Below, piece after piece: positions 49,178 through 57,949 of a stretch of 64,000 nucleotides of DNA. A program made the translations under genes and the position numbers. Positions within the stretch are counted from its first letter, which is position 1, and every line of letters begins with the position of its first letter. The notes under the pieces were generated by a model that was not told the origin of the DNA, ran no database searches, and was given only the letters and a program-made list of their open reading frames with translations. The stretch comes from a virus (lineage: Duplodnaviria > Heunggongvirae > Uroviricota > Caudoviricetes), in the IMG/VR virus record IMGVR_UViG_2974794945_000001, positions 229,273 to 293,272 of that record; one strand, given 5' to 3'.

Positions 49178-49203
49178 GCCTCTCCTTCGGGAGAGGCTTT
49201 ATG
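49178..49203 (+). terminator. terminator hairpin gcctctcc-ttcg-ggagaggc + tttatgc
   Basis: Third copy of the gcctctc hairpin family; lies in a 225-nt ORF-free spacer. Confidence 0.55.
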
Positions 49204-49230
49204 CTGTTATAAGACTAAATTAATTTAATT

Positions 49231-49698
49231 ATGGGGCGAGAGATGTATTACGAGTTCACGCATGACGAACTTCCTTTTCAATTTAACACCATGCTTCGTT
49301 TCTTTTGTAAAGCCACAGTCATACGAAAACAGTTTGAACCCAACGAACACGTTTCTTTTTCACCAGAAACTGTCGTAAGACTGGTAGTGCCAACCGCCAG
49401 TGAAGAAGACCTACAGCCATTCATTACGGCCAGTTGCCCGGTGCATGGTAGCAATTTACATATAAATATCAAAATGGTCCCAGAACGCAAGTTAGAGAAT
49501 CGTAACGATGCTATTGCATACGTTCGCCGTACTTTGTGTAAAGAAGCCATTATGGTAACAGAACGAGATATCCGTAACCTTGACAAACATGGTGCACGGA
49601 AACACTATAGCAAAGATTTCTTTGGCAAGTTGATCTCTAAGTGTCGTTATCGAATGGAAACATTTCATACGTATAACTTCTATCCATCTTACGACTAG
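49231..49698 (+). CDS. hypothetical protein (155 aa)
   Basis: ORF. Confidence 0.55.
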   Translation: MGREMYYEFTHDELPFQFNTMLRFFCKATVIRKQFEPNEHVSFSPETVVRLVVPTASEEDLQPFITASCPVHGSNLHINIKMVPERKLENRNDAIAYVRRTLCKEAIMVTERDIRNLDKHGARKHYSKDFFGKLISKCRYRMETFHTYNFYPSYD

Positions 49699-49706
49699 GT
49701 GAATTT

Positions 49707-49925
49707 GTGTTTAAAAAGATCCTGCTGCGTGAAACTAGAATTATTTTCTTTACGCTGCTGATGCTGACTTTAGGAATAATTACTTTAGTCGGATGCATGG
49801 CTGCTTTGATGGGTGTTGTAACACAATCGATGCCGCATTTTGTTTACGGTATTTTAATTGCAGTTATTGTTGGACGTGCATTTATTGTTAGCATAGCACC
49901 TACCAGCAAAGCTTGGAGACGTTAA
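49707..49925 (+). CDS. small membrane protein (72 aa, two TM; GTG start)
   Basis: Hydrophobic. Confidence 0.45.
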   Translation: MFKKILLRETRIIFFTLLMLTLGIITLVGCMAALMGVVTQSMPHFVYGILIAVIVGRAFIVSIAPTSKAWRR

Positions 49926-50207
49926 GTGGAAATCCCAACTCTAGATGACCGGATACAAAACAAGTACGCCGATCAGATTGAAGAATATAGCACTATCTTC
50001 AATAAAGAAATATTGAATGGCCATCAACACACCAGCGATAGTGGTTATCCATATTTTGAATGCGTCATCAATGACGGTGAATGGATACACAGTGAATTGT
50101 TTGACTATCTAGTTAAGCTTTATTACGAAGCTTTTTGGATTGTTGAACAATATGAAGAAAAAGAAGGTTATTGCATTCGTATCTTTCGACGTAAAGTTGA
50201 GAATTAA
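49926..50207 (+). CDS. hypothetical protein (93 aa, GTG start)
   Basis: ORF. Confidence 0.45.
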   Translation: MEIPTLDDRIQNKYADQIEEYSTIFNKEILNGHQHTSDSGYPYFECVINDGEWIHSELFDYLVKLYYEAFWIVEQYEEKEGYCIRIFRRKVEN

Positions 50208-50231
50208 ATACTTGATGTGTAATAGTATAAT

Positions 50232-50300
50232 GACGAACTGGAGTTCCGTGGAACATCTCCCAACTTAGTACCTACCCGTCGGTATGTTGGTGCCACGTGA
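50232..50300 (+). other. long imperfect hairpin (ctggagttccgtgg ... ccacgtgaactccacc)
   Basis: About 13-bp terminal arms pair across a 40-nt interior; sits in an intergenic spacer before the terminator at 50319. Confidence 0.35.
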
Positions 50301-50318
50301 ACTCCACCTATTTTTAGA

Positions 50319-50345
50319 GCCAGCCTTCGGGTTGGCTTTATGCCG
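50319..50345 (+). terminator. terminator hairpin agccagcc-ttcg-ggttggct + ttatgcc
   Basis: 8-bp stem with G-U pairs. Confidence 0.5.
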
Positions 50346-50528
50346 TTAGGACAAAATATGTCAATTAATCAATTCTGTTTAGTGGCCATTATTTACATGT
50401 TGGTTACTACTGGGCTTGAACTTCGTTACGATTTGCATTTCGATATGACCAGCTGGAAATACTGGGTTGGTAACTGTTTGCTCTGGGCAAGTATCTATCT
50501 CATTGATCGAGTAATCAAAACAAAATGA
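50340..50528 (+). CDS. small membrane protein (62 aa)
   Basis: Hydrophobic. Confidence 0.45.
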   Translation: MPLGQNMSINQFCLVAIIYMLVTTGLELRYDLHFDMTSWKYWVGNCLLWASIYLIDRVIKTK

Positions 50529-51256
50529 CTTACATTGTTTATGATGGGAAAACACTCATTGCCGACAAGTTAATGTCGCAAGGTGTTGGGTCATATGCCC
50601 TGGGGCGTAAACCTAGGACAGCCGGTGGGTTTGTCGTTAACCGGCCTGGTAAAAAAGTTGATGTTTATTACAACGATACTGAAAAAGTTATCTTCCTGCG
50701 TAAGGGTCTGTATGAAGGAAAAGAAATAAAGTGTTTAGCTATGGCTGGACAAATTGTTAACCTAGGTGAGCTTATAAGTTACCTAGAGCAAGGTCACGAT
50801 CTGGACCATTATTTGGATTGTGAAGCAGCGGTCTATCCGGTTAAAGAAAGACGTAATTTTGGCCCTGGTAACAGCATTACTGTTGTTATGAAAGATGGAG
50901 CTGGTTATAATTTCCATCATGTCAGTGATGGCATTGATCGAGTTATGTCGTCTAAGGGCTTGATCCATGGCGGGGCTGGTGTGAGTTGGGTGAATGGCAT
51001 TAACCCACATCTATCGACCCCCCTAACAGCCCTGGAAGCTTTTGTGATAGGTTCTCATTACTCTTCTGTAGTTAGTGAAGAGTTTGATTACTATTGCTCG
51101 GTTACCAATGAGTACAAAAAGAACCAGAAGCTTAGTATGCGTCAACGTGAATCCATACTGGCAAGAGTTCAATCCCGCTTTGCATTAAATGGGGAAGTTG
51201 CTAACGAAAATTACGTTAACCTTCCTTTTACTAACATTATCAAAAAGGCAGATTAA
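50525..51256 (+). CDS. hypothetical protein (243 aa)
   Basis: ORF; ATGA overlap. Confidence 0.55.
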   Translation: MTYIVYDGKTLIADKLMSQGVGSYALGRKPRTAGGFVVNRPGKKVDVYYNDTEKVIFLRKGLYEGKEIKCLAMAGQIVNLGELISYLEQGHDLDHYLDCEAAVYPVKERRNFGPGNSITVVMKDGAGYNFHHVSDGIDRVMSSKGLIHGGAGVSWVNGINPHLSTPLTALEAFVIGSHYSSVVSEEFDYYCSVTNEYKKNQKLSMRQRESILARVQSRFALNGEVANENYVNLPFTNIIKKAD

Positions 51257-51261
51257 GGCCT

Positions 51262-51402
51262 ATGAATAATCCTTTATTGGACAGGATGCATCGTCGACAG
51301 AAAGCACATCGGCTCGACACCCTACAACGGTTTGGAATGCTTGCTTTTATAGCAGCAGTTGTCGTTATAAGTATTATCGAATTGTTTAAGCCTGTACTCT
51401 AA
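51262..51402 (+). CDS. candidate small membrane protein (46 aa)
   Basis: MNNPLLDRMHRRQKAHRLDTLQRFGMLAFIAAVVVISIIELFKPVL; C-terminal TM; below the ORF-track cutoff. Confidence 0.35.
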   Translation: MNNPLLDRMHRRQKAHRLDTLQRFGMLAFIAAVVVISIIELFKPVL

Positions 51403-51407
51403 AAAAT

Positions 51408-51430
51408 TATAGGCCTATATTACAACCCTG
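51408..51430 (+). promoter_or_regulatory. promoter-like box ttataggCCTATATTACaacc
   Basis: CTATATTAC motif, 36 nt upstream of ATG 51466. Confidence 0.4.
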
Positions 51431-51465
51431 CAATACACACATCCTTTAAACTAAGAGGTAATACC

Positions 51466-51648
51466 ATGGAACTCGAAAACACCGAAATGTACACCCTGGA
51501 AATCAAAGACCTGGCGGCAGACGAGTCTGAAGTTCAGACCGTAACCAAAGCAGGTTGGGAACTGATGCAAGAATTCAACTTCCTGCAAATCGGTCAAGTT
51601 GTACGTGACTGGAAAATGTTCATTGTTACACCCCTAATCATGGGCTAA
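51466..51648 (+). CDS. small acidic protein (60 aa)
   Basis: ORF; gagg RBS. Confidence 0.5.
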   Translation: MELENTEMYTLEIKDLAADESEVQTVTKAGWELMQEFNFLQIGQVVRDWKMFIVTPLIMG

Positions 51649-51650
51649 CG

Positions 51651-52208
51651 ATGATTTGCGTTTATACTCTTTATCTCCCCTTTACTGGGGTTTACTACAT
51701 TGGTTATACGGATAATTTTAACCGTCGGCGCAGACAGCACATTAATACGCTGCGCCGCGGTGTTCATGACAATAGTTTTCTACAGTATGCTTTTAATGTA
51801 GACAACCAAGTTATTGTAATTCCGGAACCTGTAGAGACAATTGAAAAAGCAATTGCTTTAGAAAAACAAAAGATTCTTGACCATAAAGACAATCCATTGT
51901 TAGCTAATATTATTTACGCTAAAGCACGTAGTGCCGAATGGTGTGAGGCTATGTCACAAAGTCGTATTGGGACAAAAGCCAGTCAAGAAACAAAAGACAA
52001 AATGTCAGCGACTAGGACAGGAGTCAAACAATCAGCTGAATGGGTTGAGAATAGGGCAAAGCATAGACGCCTATCGGTAACAATTGCCGGTACAGTGTAT
52101 AAAAGTGTAACGGATGCTGTAAAAGCATTAGGTATACCGTGCAACACTTTACTGCGGCGAGTGAGAAATCCTAATCTCAAATTTAAAGACTATGTTTTCA
52201 CTTCGTAA
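51651..52208 (+). CDS. GIY-YIG homing endonuclease (free-standing, Seg-like)
   Basis: N-terminal ICVYTLYLPFTGVYYIGYTDNFNRRRRQH (GIY..YIG..R..H). C-terminal NUMOD-like repeats (SRIGTKASQETKDKMS, TRTGVKQSAEW) and HTH-like tail. Confidence 0.75.
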   Translation: MICVYTLYLPFTGVYYIGYTDNFNRRRRQHINTLRRGVHDNSFLQYAFNVDNQVIVIPEPVETIEKAIALEKQKILDHKDNPLLANIIYAKARSAEWCEAMSQSRIGTKASQETKDKMSATRTGVKQSAEWVENRAKHRRLSVTIAGTVYKSVTDAVKALGIPCNTLLRRVRNPNLKFKDYVFTS

Positions 52209-52728
52209 GGAACTCGGTATGTCTCATCTTCAAAAACTTGTTGCACTCTATGCAGAAGATAAAAAACTGGTGCCTGTAGCGTACTATGCCGTTACCGGTT
52301 TGCTGATATCTGGTAAAATCCAGAGCATTGACAATGGCACAGCGCTAGTCGCCTGGGAAGGTGAGACAATGCGAGTAAAGATCCAGGTCTCCGGTCTGGC
52401 TGGTCCAAGTTTTCCACAGGAATGGTGCTTGACCAAAGAAGGGCTGCAGAAGTATGCCGTGCTTGCTAATGAGGATTGCGATGCTCTCAAGCAACTACGG
52501 TTCACAACGATCTGTAACCTGTTTAATGACGTAAAGAATGTCAGTGATGACATGACGTACCACTACGTCGATAAATGGCCTGGTGTAGAAGCTGAGGACA
52601 TCATGGGCTTTGTGTCATTGAACATTCACACAGTCGGTTCTCCACTGAGTGGTTTCTTGGTTAACATGGAAGGACGAGCTCGTTTCATCCACCGCGTACC
52701 AGAAAACATTAAACTTCGACCGATGTAA
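52192..52728 (+). CDS. hypothetical protein (178 aa)
   Basis: Last plus-strand gene before the strand switch. Confidence 0.5.
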   Translation: MFSLRKELGMSHLQKLVALYAEDKKLVPVAYYAVTGLLISGKIQSIDNGTALVAWEGETMRVKIQVSGLAGPSFPQEWCLTKEGLQKYAVLANEDCDALKQLRFTTICNLFNDVKNVSDDMTYHYVDKWPGVEAEDIMGFVSLNIHTVGSPLSGFLVNMEGRARFIHRVPENIKLRPM

Positions 52729-52742
52729 TAAAACGACATAAT

Positions 52743-52781
52743 GGCTACCCTTTGGGGTAGCCTTATATCTTATTTTTTTTT
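52743..52781. terminator. bidirectional terminator at convergent junction
   Basis: ggctaccc-tttg-gggtagcc followed by T9 on plus; the minus-strand gene stop abuts at 52780. Confidence 0.65.
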
Positions 52782-54336
52782 ACTTTCCTACAGAACGCAA
52801 CCAACGATCAATCAATTCATTGGTCTTAGCTTTGTATTTCAGGTATTTCAAAAACAGTTCTTCAGCACGTGGGTGCTCACGAACAATCATGAAACCATGT
52901 GTTACACGCAGGTAATCTTCTGCACCAATAACAATGGATGGATCTTCCAGAGCAATAGCAATGTCTTCCAACCGATCAAGGTTTTGAAGAGCAGTCCATG
53001 CATCTTCCACATCAGCGTAGATTGTTTTTGGGATAGCGCTTTGGCTGATGTGGTACAGTGTAAAAGGACCTTCGTGTTTAGTAACTACAATTGCTTCACC
53101 GTCACCAAAACGATCCAACCAACGTTCGTTGTTAATAGCCAGGTCAGTGTAGTACTTAGCTACGGATGGCATGGTTTCTTCTAGCAACGCTTGTAGACCA
53201 TCATTAAGATGCTGAAAAATACGGAAACCATTACTAACAAATGATTCTGGATTAAATTCAGGATCGGTAGTGTCAACGTAAAGCAATGCCAGTTGCTTAC
53301 CTTCCGGCAGATCACGTTCAAATAGGTACGCATGCTTACGTGATTCAGGATCAGCCAGATTATGCTTAGCAATAGACATTGCCAGTTGTGGTGCTTGTTC
53401 CTGAATTGCTTCTCTGACGAGATCTACGGTAGTTTCCGGATCAGGATCGGCGGGATCAATTGTGAGTTCGACGTCTTTTGGAAAATCTTCCTGATATCGT
53501 TTTACAATATCCTCGGTCACTAGGTAATTAAGTTTAGCTTTAATTACAATATCCGCATCTGGATATTTTCTTTTGAAGTGATCTACAATCAGTTCTGGGT
53601 TAGTTTCGTCTTTATCCAGTTCTAGTTTCAGAGTCACTTTGCGAGGTGGAACATACAGTTCAGCAGTAGCAATACCTTCTTGCGAACCAACATCATCAAA
53701 TGGATCACAGTCAGGATCTTCACCGTATTCCGGTTCATCTCCACTGTCGTATTCTTGCTCATCAGTGTCCGTATCCACCGCTTCATCTGGATCACCCAGT
53801 GGGCGATGACGATCGGTGTGCCATCGAGATTCTACACCAGTGATAACAATCTTACTACCAGCTGGAGGTAATGACAATCCACGTTCTTCGTGGGTCAATG
53901 TAGTGTCGGCAATATTAAGTGCAGTATCGTAACCACCACCAACCAAAAACAAAGGCAAGCGACGCGCCAGTGCTTCAGCGCCAGAATTTGCCTGGAAACC
54001 AGTTACGGTAATATGCAAGGTGTTTTCTTCCACACCTACAATATCACCGGCTTTATCAACTACAAAATCAGCTGTAGTTTTTTCTTCTGGTTTAATTACA
54101 TCAGCATATTCGCTTTGCTTAGTAATGTCGTATTTGAACAGATGCGACATCAGTCGAGCAGCGGCAATGTTAGCTTGTTGACGTGTAATACCAGTAGCAT
54201 CCATGATAGGCATGGCCAGGTTACATTGCCAACCCCACGCGTAACCTTCATCATCACGAATCGCAGCTTTAAGGCGATCAAATGCTTCACCTGTGGTAAT
54301 AGTGTATTCTACAGCTTTTGTAATTTCGGTGCTCAT
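52780..54336 (-). CDS. hypothetical protein (518 aa) with strongly acidic D/E/T-rich central segment
   Basis: Long ORF; segment DEAVDTDTDEQEYDSGDEPEYGEDPDCDPFDD. Confidence 0.6.
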   Translation of the reverse strand: MSTEITKAVEYTITTGEAFDRLKAAIRDDEGYAWGWQCNLAMPIMDATGITRQQANIAAARLMSHLFKYDITKQSEYADVIKPEEKTTADFVVDKAGDIVGVEENTLHITVTGFQANSGAEALARRLPLFLVGGGYDTALNIADTTLTHEERGLSLPPAGSKIVITGVESRWHTDRHRPLGDPDEAVDTDTDEQEYDSGDEPEYGEDPDCDPFDDVGSQEGIATAELYVPPRKVTLKLELDKDETNPELIVDHFKRKYPDADIVIKAKLNYLVTEDIVKRYQEDFPKDVELTIDPADPDPETTVDLVREAIQEQAPQLAMSIAKHNLADPESRKHAYLFERDLPEGKQLALLYVDTTDPEFNPESFVSNGFRIFQHLNDGLQALLEETMPSVAKYYTDLAINNERWLDRFGDGEAIVVTKHEGPFTLYHISQSAIPKTIYADVEDAWTALQNLDRLEDIAIALEDPSIVIGAEDYLRVTHGFMIVREHPRAEELFLKYLKYKAKTNELIDRWLRSVGK

Positions 54337-55604
54337 GCAGTTACCTGTTCATTGGATTGATATTCACGAGAAGCACGAAGACGAACCTTGGCTTCAGTTG
54401 TAGTTTCAGTGACCCACACAGTCATGCAACCATTTTGATATTGGGCATTGACTGTAAATTTCAGTTCTGGAAATTTATCTACTAGTTGTTGTGTAATGTG
54501 TTCTGATACAACTGCATCGGCATTACCCAGGATAGCTTCCGTACCTAGGAAAACATCTTCCAGCGCTTTGGTTGCTACTGTAGTGATTTCAATAATCTTA
54601 CTGACATTACGTGAACGTTTCTTTTGTTCTTCCGTACGTACAGGGAAAAGATCATTGACCACATTGTCATTTGGCACTGGTGCACCTATAGTCATTTCGG
54701 TACGAGTAAAACCTAGATCATGAACAACTTCTTCATCACTGAGAGTATCCTCTACTACAATGGTGAATGTCCAATCCCGACCAATAGCAGCGGTTACGTT
54801 TACTTGGAAGTTTTCATTCTCGTAACGCTCAACCAAACGTTCTTTAATACGGATGTTAGCTGCGCAGATCATTTCATGGGTGTTCAGTTTAGAATCACCC
54901 AGTAGTTCATTAAATACTTCAGCAGCAATCTTCTTTACTTGTTTTGCAAAAACACTTTCTGTTTGGGACATTGTATCACCTTCAAAACGGGTAAGTGGTG
55001 CTTGTACCACTTCTACATAACAATGGTCAGGTGAGTTATAAATTGCACCCTGTACATTAAACATCAATGGCGCACCCAGTTCGTAGTCGGAATAATACAC
55101 CGAAACCGTAGTGTGATTTTCAGGGTAGACCATTTTTACTTGATCACGAATATCTTCTTCTACAAACAGACGAAGTTCTTCTGCCGTAGAGATAGCGTTG
55201 TTGCTAACATCAGCAACAACTTCTTTGGTAACGTTAATCAAGAACTCTTTGAAATCGGTAAACAACGGAATGAGTTCTTCCACTGGTAAAGTTTGTACCG
55301 ATTTGACAATCTGGAATTGATCAATATCACGATTAAGCTTTTCACAAACTTTAACCATGTACTGTTCTACATCAGAACCCTTAACCAAAGTAACGGTAAC
55401 GGTATGGTAATAGGTACCTAGCTCGTGGGTATCGGGAGTCCATTTGTAATCCGTTGCTAACTTGGCTTCTAACTTAGTAGCAAGTTCCAGGTTAATGCGA
55501 CCCACAATGTAAACATACTTCTGCGCATGGGTCAGATAAACTTGGCTGGTCACATCCTGCAAGTGCTTTAATACGGTTTCTTCTACTTGTTTGATTGTGT
55601 CCAT
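54333..55604 (-). CDS. hypothetical protein (423 aa)
   Basis: Long ORF; ATGA overlap with the downstream gene. Confidence 0.6.
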   Translation of the reverse strand: MDTIKQVEETVLKHLQDVTSQVYLTHAQKYVYIVGRINLELATKLEAKLATDYKWTPDTHELGTYYHTVTVTLVKGSDVEQYMVKVCEKLNRDIDQFQIVKSVQTLPVEELIPLFTDFKEFLINVTKEVVADVSNNAISTAEELRLFVEEDIRDQVKMVYPENHTTVSVYYSDYELGAPLMFNVQGAIYNSPDHCYVEVVQAPLTRFEGDTMSQTESVFAKQVKKIAAEVFNELLGDSKLNTHEMICAANIRIKERLVERYENENFQVNVTAAIGRDWTFTIVVEDTLSDEEVVHDLGFTRTEMTIGAPVPNDNVVNDLFPVRTEEQKKRSRNVSKIIEITTVATKALEDVFLGTEAILGNADAVVSEHITQQLVDKFPELKFTVNAQYQNGCMTVWVTETTTEAKVRLRASREYQSNEQVTA

Positions 55605-55605
55605 A

Positions 55606-56868
55606 TTAACCTTTCACACAGAGGAATTGTTTTAGGGTGTGCACGATTTCAACCAGTTCAGATTGTGCCGCCATTACGTCATCAATGTTCTTGTATGCCT
55701 TAGGGGTTTCATCCAGAACACTTGCATCTTTACGACATTCTACACCAGCTGTATCACGGATATGATCTTCCAGTGTAAAAGTCTTTTCTGCTTGTGTACG
55801 GGACATTACTCGACCTGCACCATGTGAACATGAACAGAACGATTCTCGGTTTCCTTTACCGCGGACAATGAATGACTTAGCACCCATAGAACCTGGAATG
55901 ATCCCCAGTGTTCCTTCACTTGCGTTGACTGCACCTTTACGTGTTACAATAACATTCTCACCAAAGTGGCGTTCTTGTGATACGTAGTTGTGGTGGCAGT
56001 TAATTGCCTCTAGATCCGAATCAATTGGCAGGCCCAGTGTTTTGTGGATGGCATCCAAAGCAGCGTGCATCATCACGGAACGATTTAGTGCAGCAAAGCG
56101 TTGTGCCCAAGATACGGCTTCAACGTAGTCATCGTAGTAACGTGAACCTTCCGGCAGATAAGAAAGATCTTTATCCGGAAGGTGGATAAAGAAACGCCCC
56201 ATTTCTTCTTTGGCTTTGCTAATGAAGTAAGTACCAATAGCGTTACCAATACCACGCGAACCCGAGTGTAGCATAATCCATACACGATCTGTTTCATCAA
56301 GACACAGTTCAATGAAGTGGTTACCCGTACCCAGTGTCCCTACATGGTTCCAAGCACGCTCGGATGCTTTCTTCAATTTAGGGTGGCGTTCAACAATGCT
56401 ATCCAATTGCTTCCGTAGTTTTGCAGCTTCTTCACGAACAGCTACGGTTGGGTGATTGAAGATATTAACGGTACCAAATGCACCACGATCATTCTTACCA
56501 CCATTGTCAGTACGACCATGTGGCACACATGCTTCAATGGCTGCACGAAGATGTCCCAGAGAGTCTGGAAGCGCGTCTGAAGAGAATCTCAGACGTTGTG
56601 CTGCCATTCCGCATCCAATATCAACACCTACCGCAGAAGGGATGATAGCGCCTTTGGTAGCAATAACAGAACCAATGGTTGCACCTTTACCCACATGAAC
56701 GTCTGGCATCACTGCTACGTGGGAATAAATGAATGGCAATGCTGCAATGTTTTTCAATTGCTTTACTGCATCGGGTTCTACTGGTACACCTACGGTCCAG
56801 CCTTTAATTGGCTTAGCTCCGTCAATAGGCTCACCACCTAGAATTTCAAATGTTTTACTCTGTTTCAT
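55606..56868 (-). CDS. rtcB: RtcB family RNA 3'-phosphate/2',3'-cyclic phosphate ligase
   Basis: RtcB motifs: LGTGNHFIEL, metal/GTP-binding residues, CSCSHGAGRVMSR; 420 aa. Confidence 0.85.
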   Translation of the reverse strand: MKQSKTFEILGGEPIDGAKPIKGWTVGVPVEPDAVKQLKNIAALPFIYSHVAVMPDVHVGKGATIGSVIATKGAIIPSAVGVDIGCGMAAQRLRFSSDALPDSLGHLRAAIEACVPHGRTDNGGKNDRGAFGTVNIFNHPTVAVREEAAKLRKQLDSIVERHPKLKKASERAWNHVGTLGTGNHFIELCLDETDRVWIMLHSGSRGIGNAIGTYFISKAKEEMGRFFIHLPDKDLSYLPEGSRYYDDYVEAVSWAQRFAALNRSVMMHAALDAIHKTLGLPIDSDLEAINCHHNYVSQERHFGENVIVTRKGAVNASEGTLGIIPGSMGAKSFIVRGKGNRESFCSCSHGAGRVMSRTQAEKTFTLEDHIRDTAGVECRKDASVLDETPKAYKNIDDVMAAQSELVEIVHTLKQFLCVKG

Positions 56869-56896
56869 ATAAATCTCTCACGGATGGAATTAGAGT

Positions 56897-57562
56897 TTAT
56901 TGATTAACGAATGTTTCACAATGCCCTTTTGGATCAAGCACAATATTACCTGTCCAAGTAAAACCTTTTTGTTCTTCTGTTTCAACGTTTGCTACTGCGC
57001 TGATTACAATTTGCCTTACTTCGCCATTTTTAATACTAGCAAAGTCTTTAGGAAACAAATGATCCCGAACTGCATTCAATACAACGTCGCCTTGAGTGGT
57101 TGTTGTAGGGACAGTAACAAATGCACTTAGTGCACGATCAACTTCGTTGTCTAGCAGACGCCACTGGACGTACGGGTGCAAGTGTCTGATGCTATCCCCG
57201 TCCATGTAATCCAAATGGGCTGAATGTTTATCGATCAAACGGTCTTGAAAAAGATCTGCTGTCTTGGTATACAGTTCAGGGTGGTCACGGAACAGCGAGT
57301 TTGTACAGTAAGTATTTTCTACAGTAGAAACGGGCTCAAGTTTTTCTAATGTTTCCCGGTAACACTCTTCCAACAGCATGAAGTAATTCTTACGCACAGG
57401 TCCCCAAATGTCCTCACGAATGATTTCGCGCAGGGCTGCAAATTCAGTAAGTTCCTTAAGGTTAACGCTACGGTTTGCACAGTGTAGTTCGTGCAAGCGT
57501 TCTTTAAATCCTTCTTGTAGCAAAGGAGCGAAGGGCTCCATAAATTTATCAAGTGCTGACAT
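56897..57562 (-). CDS. hypothetical protein (221 aa)
   Basis: ORF immediately upstream of rtcB. Confidence 0.55.
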   Translation of the reverse strand: MSALDKFMEPFAPLLQEGFKERLHELHCANRSVNLKELTEFAALREIIREDIWGPVRKNYFMLLEECYRETLEKLEPVSTVENTYCTNSLFRDHPELYTKTADLFQDRLIDKHSAHLDYMDGDSIRHLHPYVQWRLLDNEVDRALSAFVTVPTTTTQGDVVLNAVRDHLFPKDFASIKNGEVRQIVISAVANVETEEQKGFTWTGNIVLDPKGHCETFVNQ

Positions 57563-57949
57563 TGTAGATACCTATTGGGTTTGGTTATATAAACTGAAGC
57601 GGTAAGTATTATTAAACGGCATAAGAGCAGACCCGAAGGTCCACTCCTATTAAGGACTGTATAGTTATTAGCTGGCCAGCTTACCCCCGTAGTGTTCAGA
57701 GGTTAATAGCTATTACAGCACCGCGAGTCTTTTACATATCCAATGGTCCTACCACATGCAGCAAGAGGTGGCTTGGACGGACCTTGGATAAAAAGAAACT
57801 TACGATTCGGATCAGACGTAGTTGTCACACTAAGTAAGTCCATTCGGGTCGAAGCTTGACTGGCTTCGTTATGAGGTCTTCCCTCTATTTAAGAGCCGAA
57901 ACCGCGCAACCGGCAATGTTCTTCACATTATTACGTCTGTAGTATTTCT
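57563..57949 (-). other. ORF-free 0.39-kb spacer, possibly structured RNA or leader
   Basis: No ORF of 60 aa or more on either strand, between the radical SAM gene and the 221-aa gene; several local hairpins. Confidence 0.3.

Noticed and set aside
52741-54360. Plus-strand ORFs 52741..53184, 53680..53871 and 53890..54360 in the minus-strand block
   Set aside because: Antisense to the 518-aa minus-strand gene; odd amino-acid composition; no promoter or RBS context.
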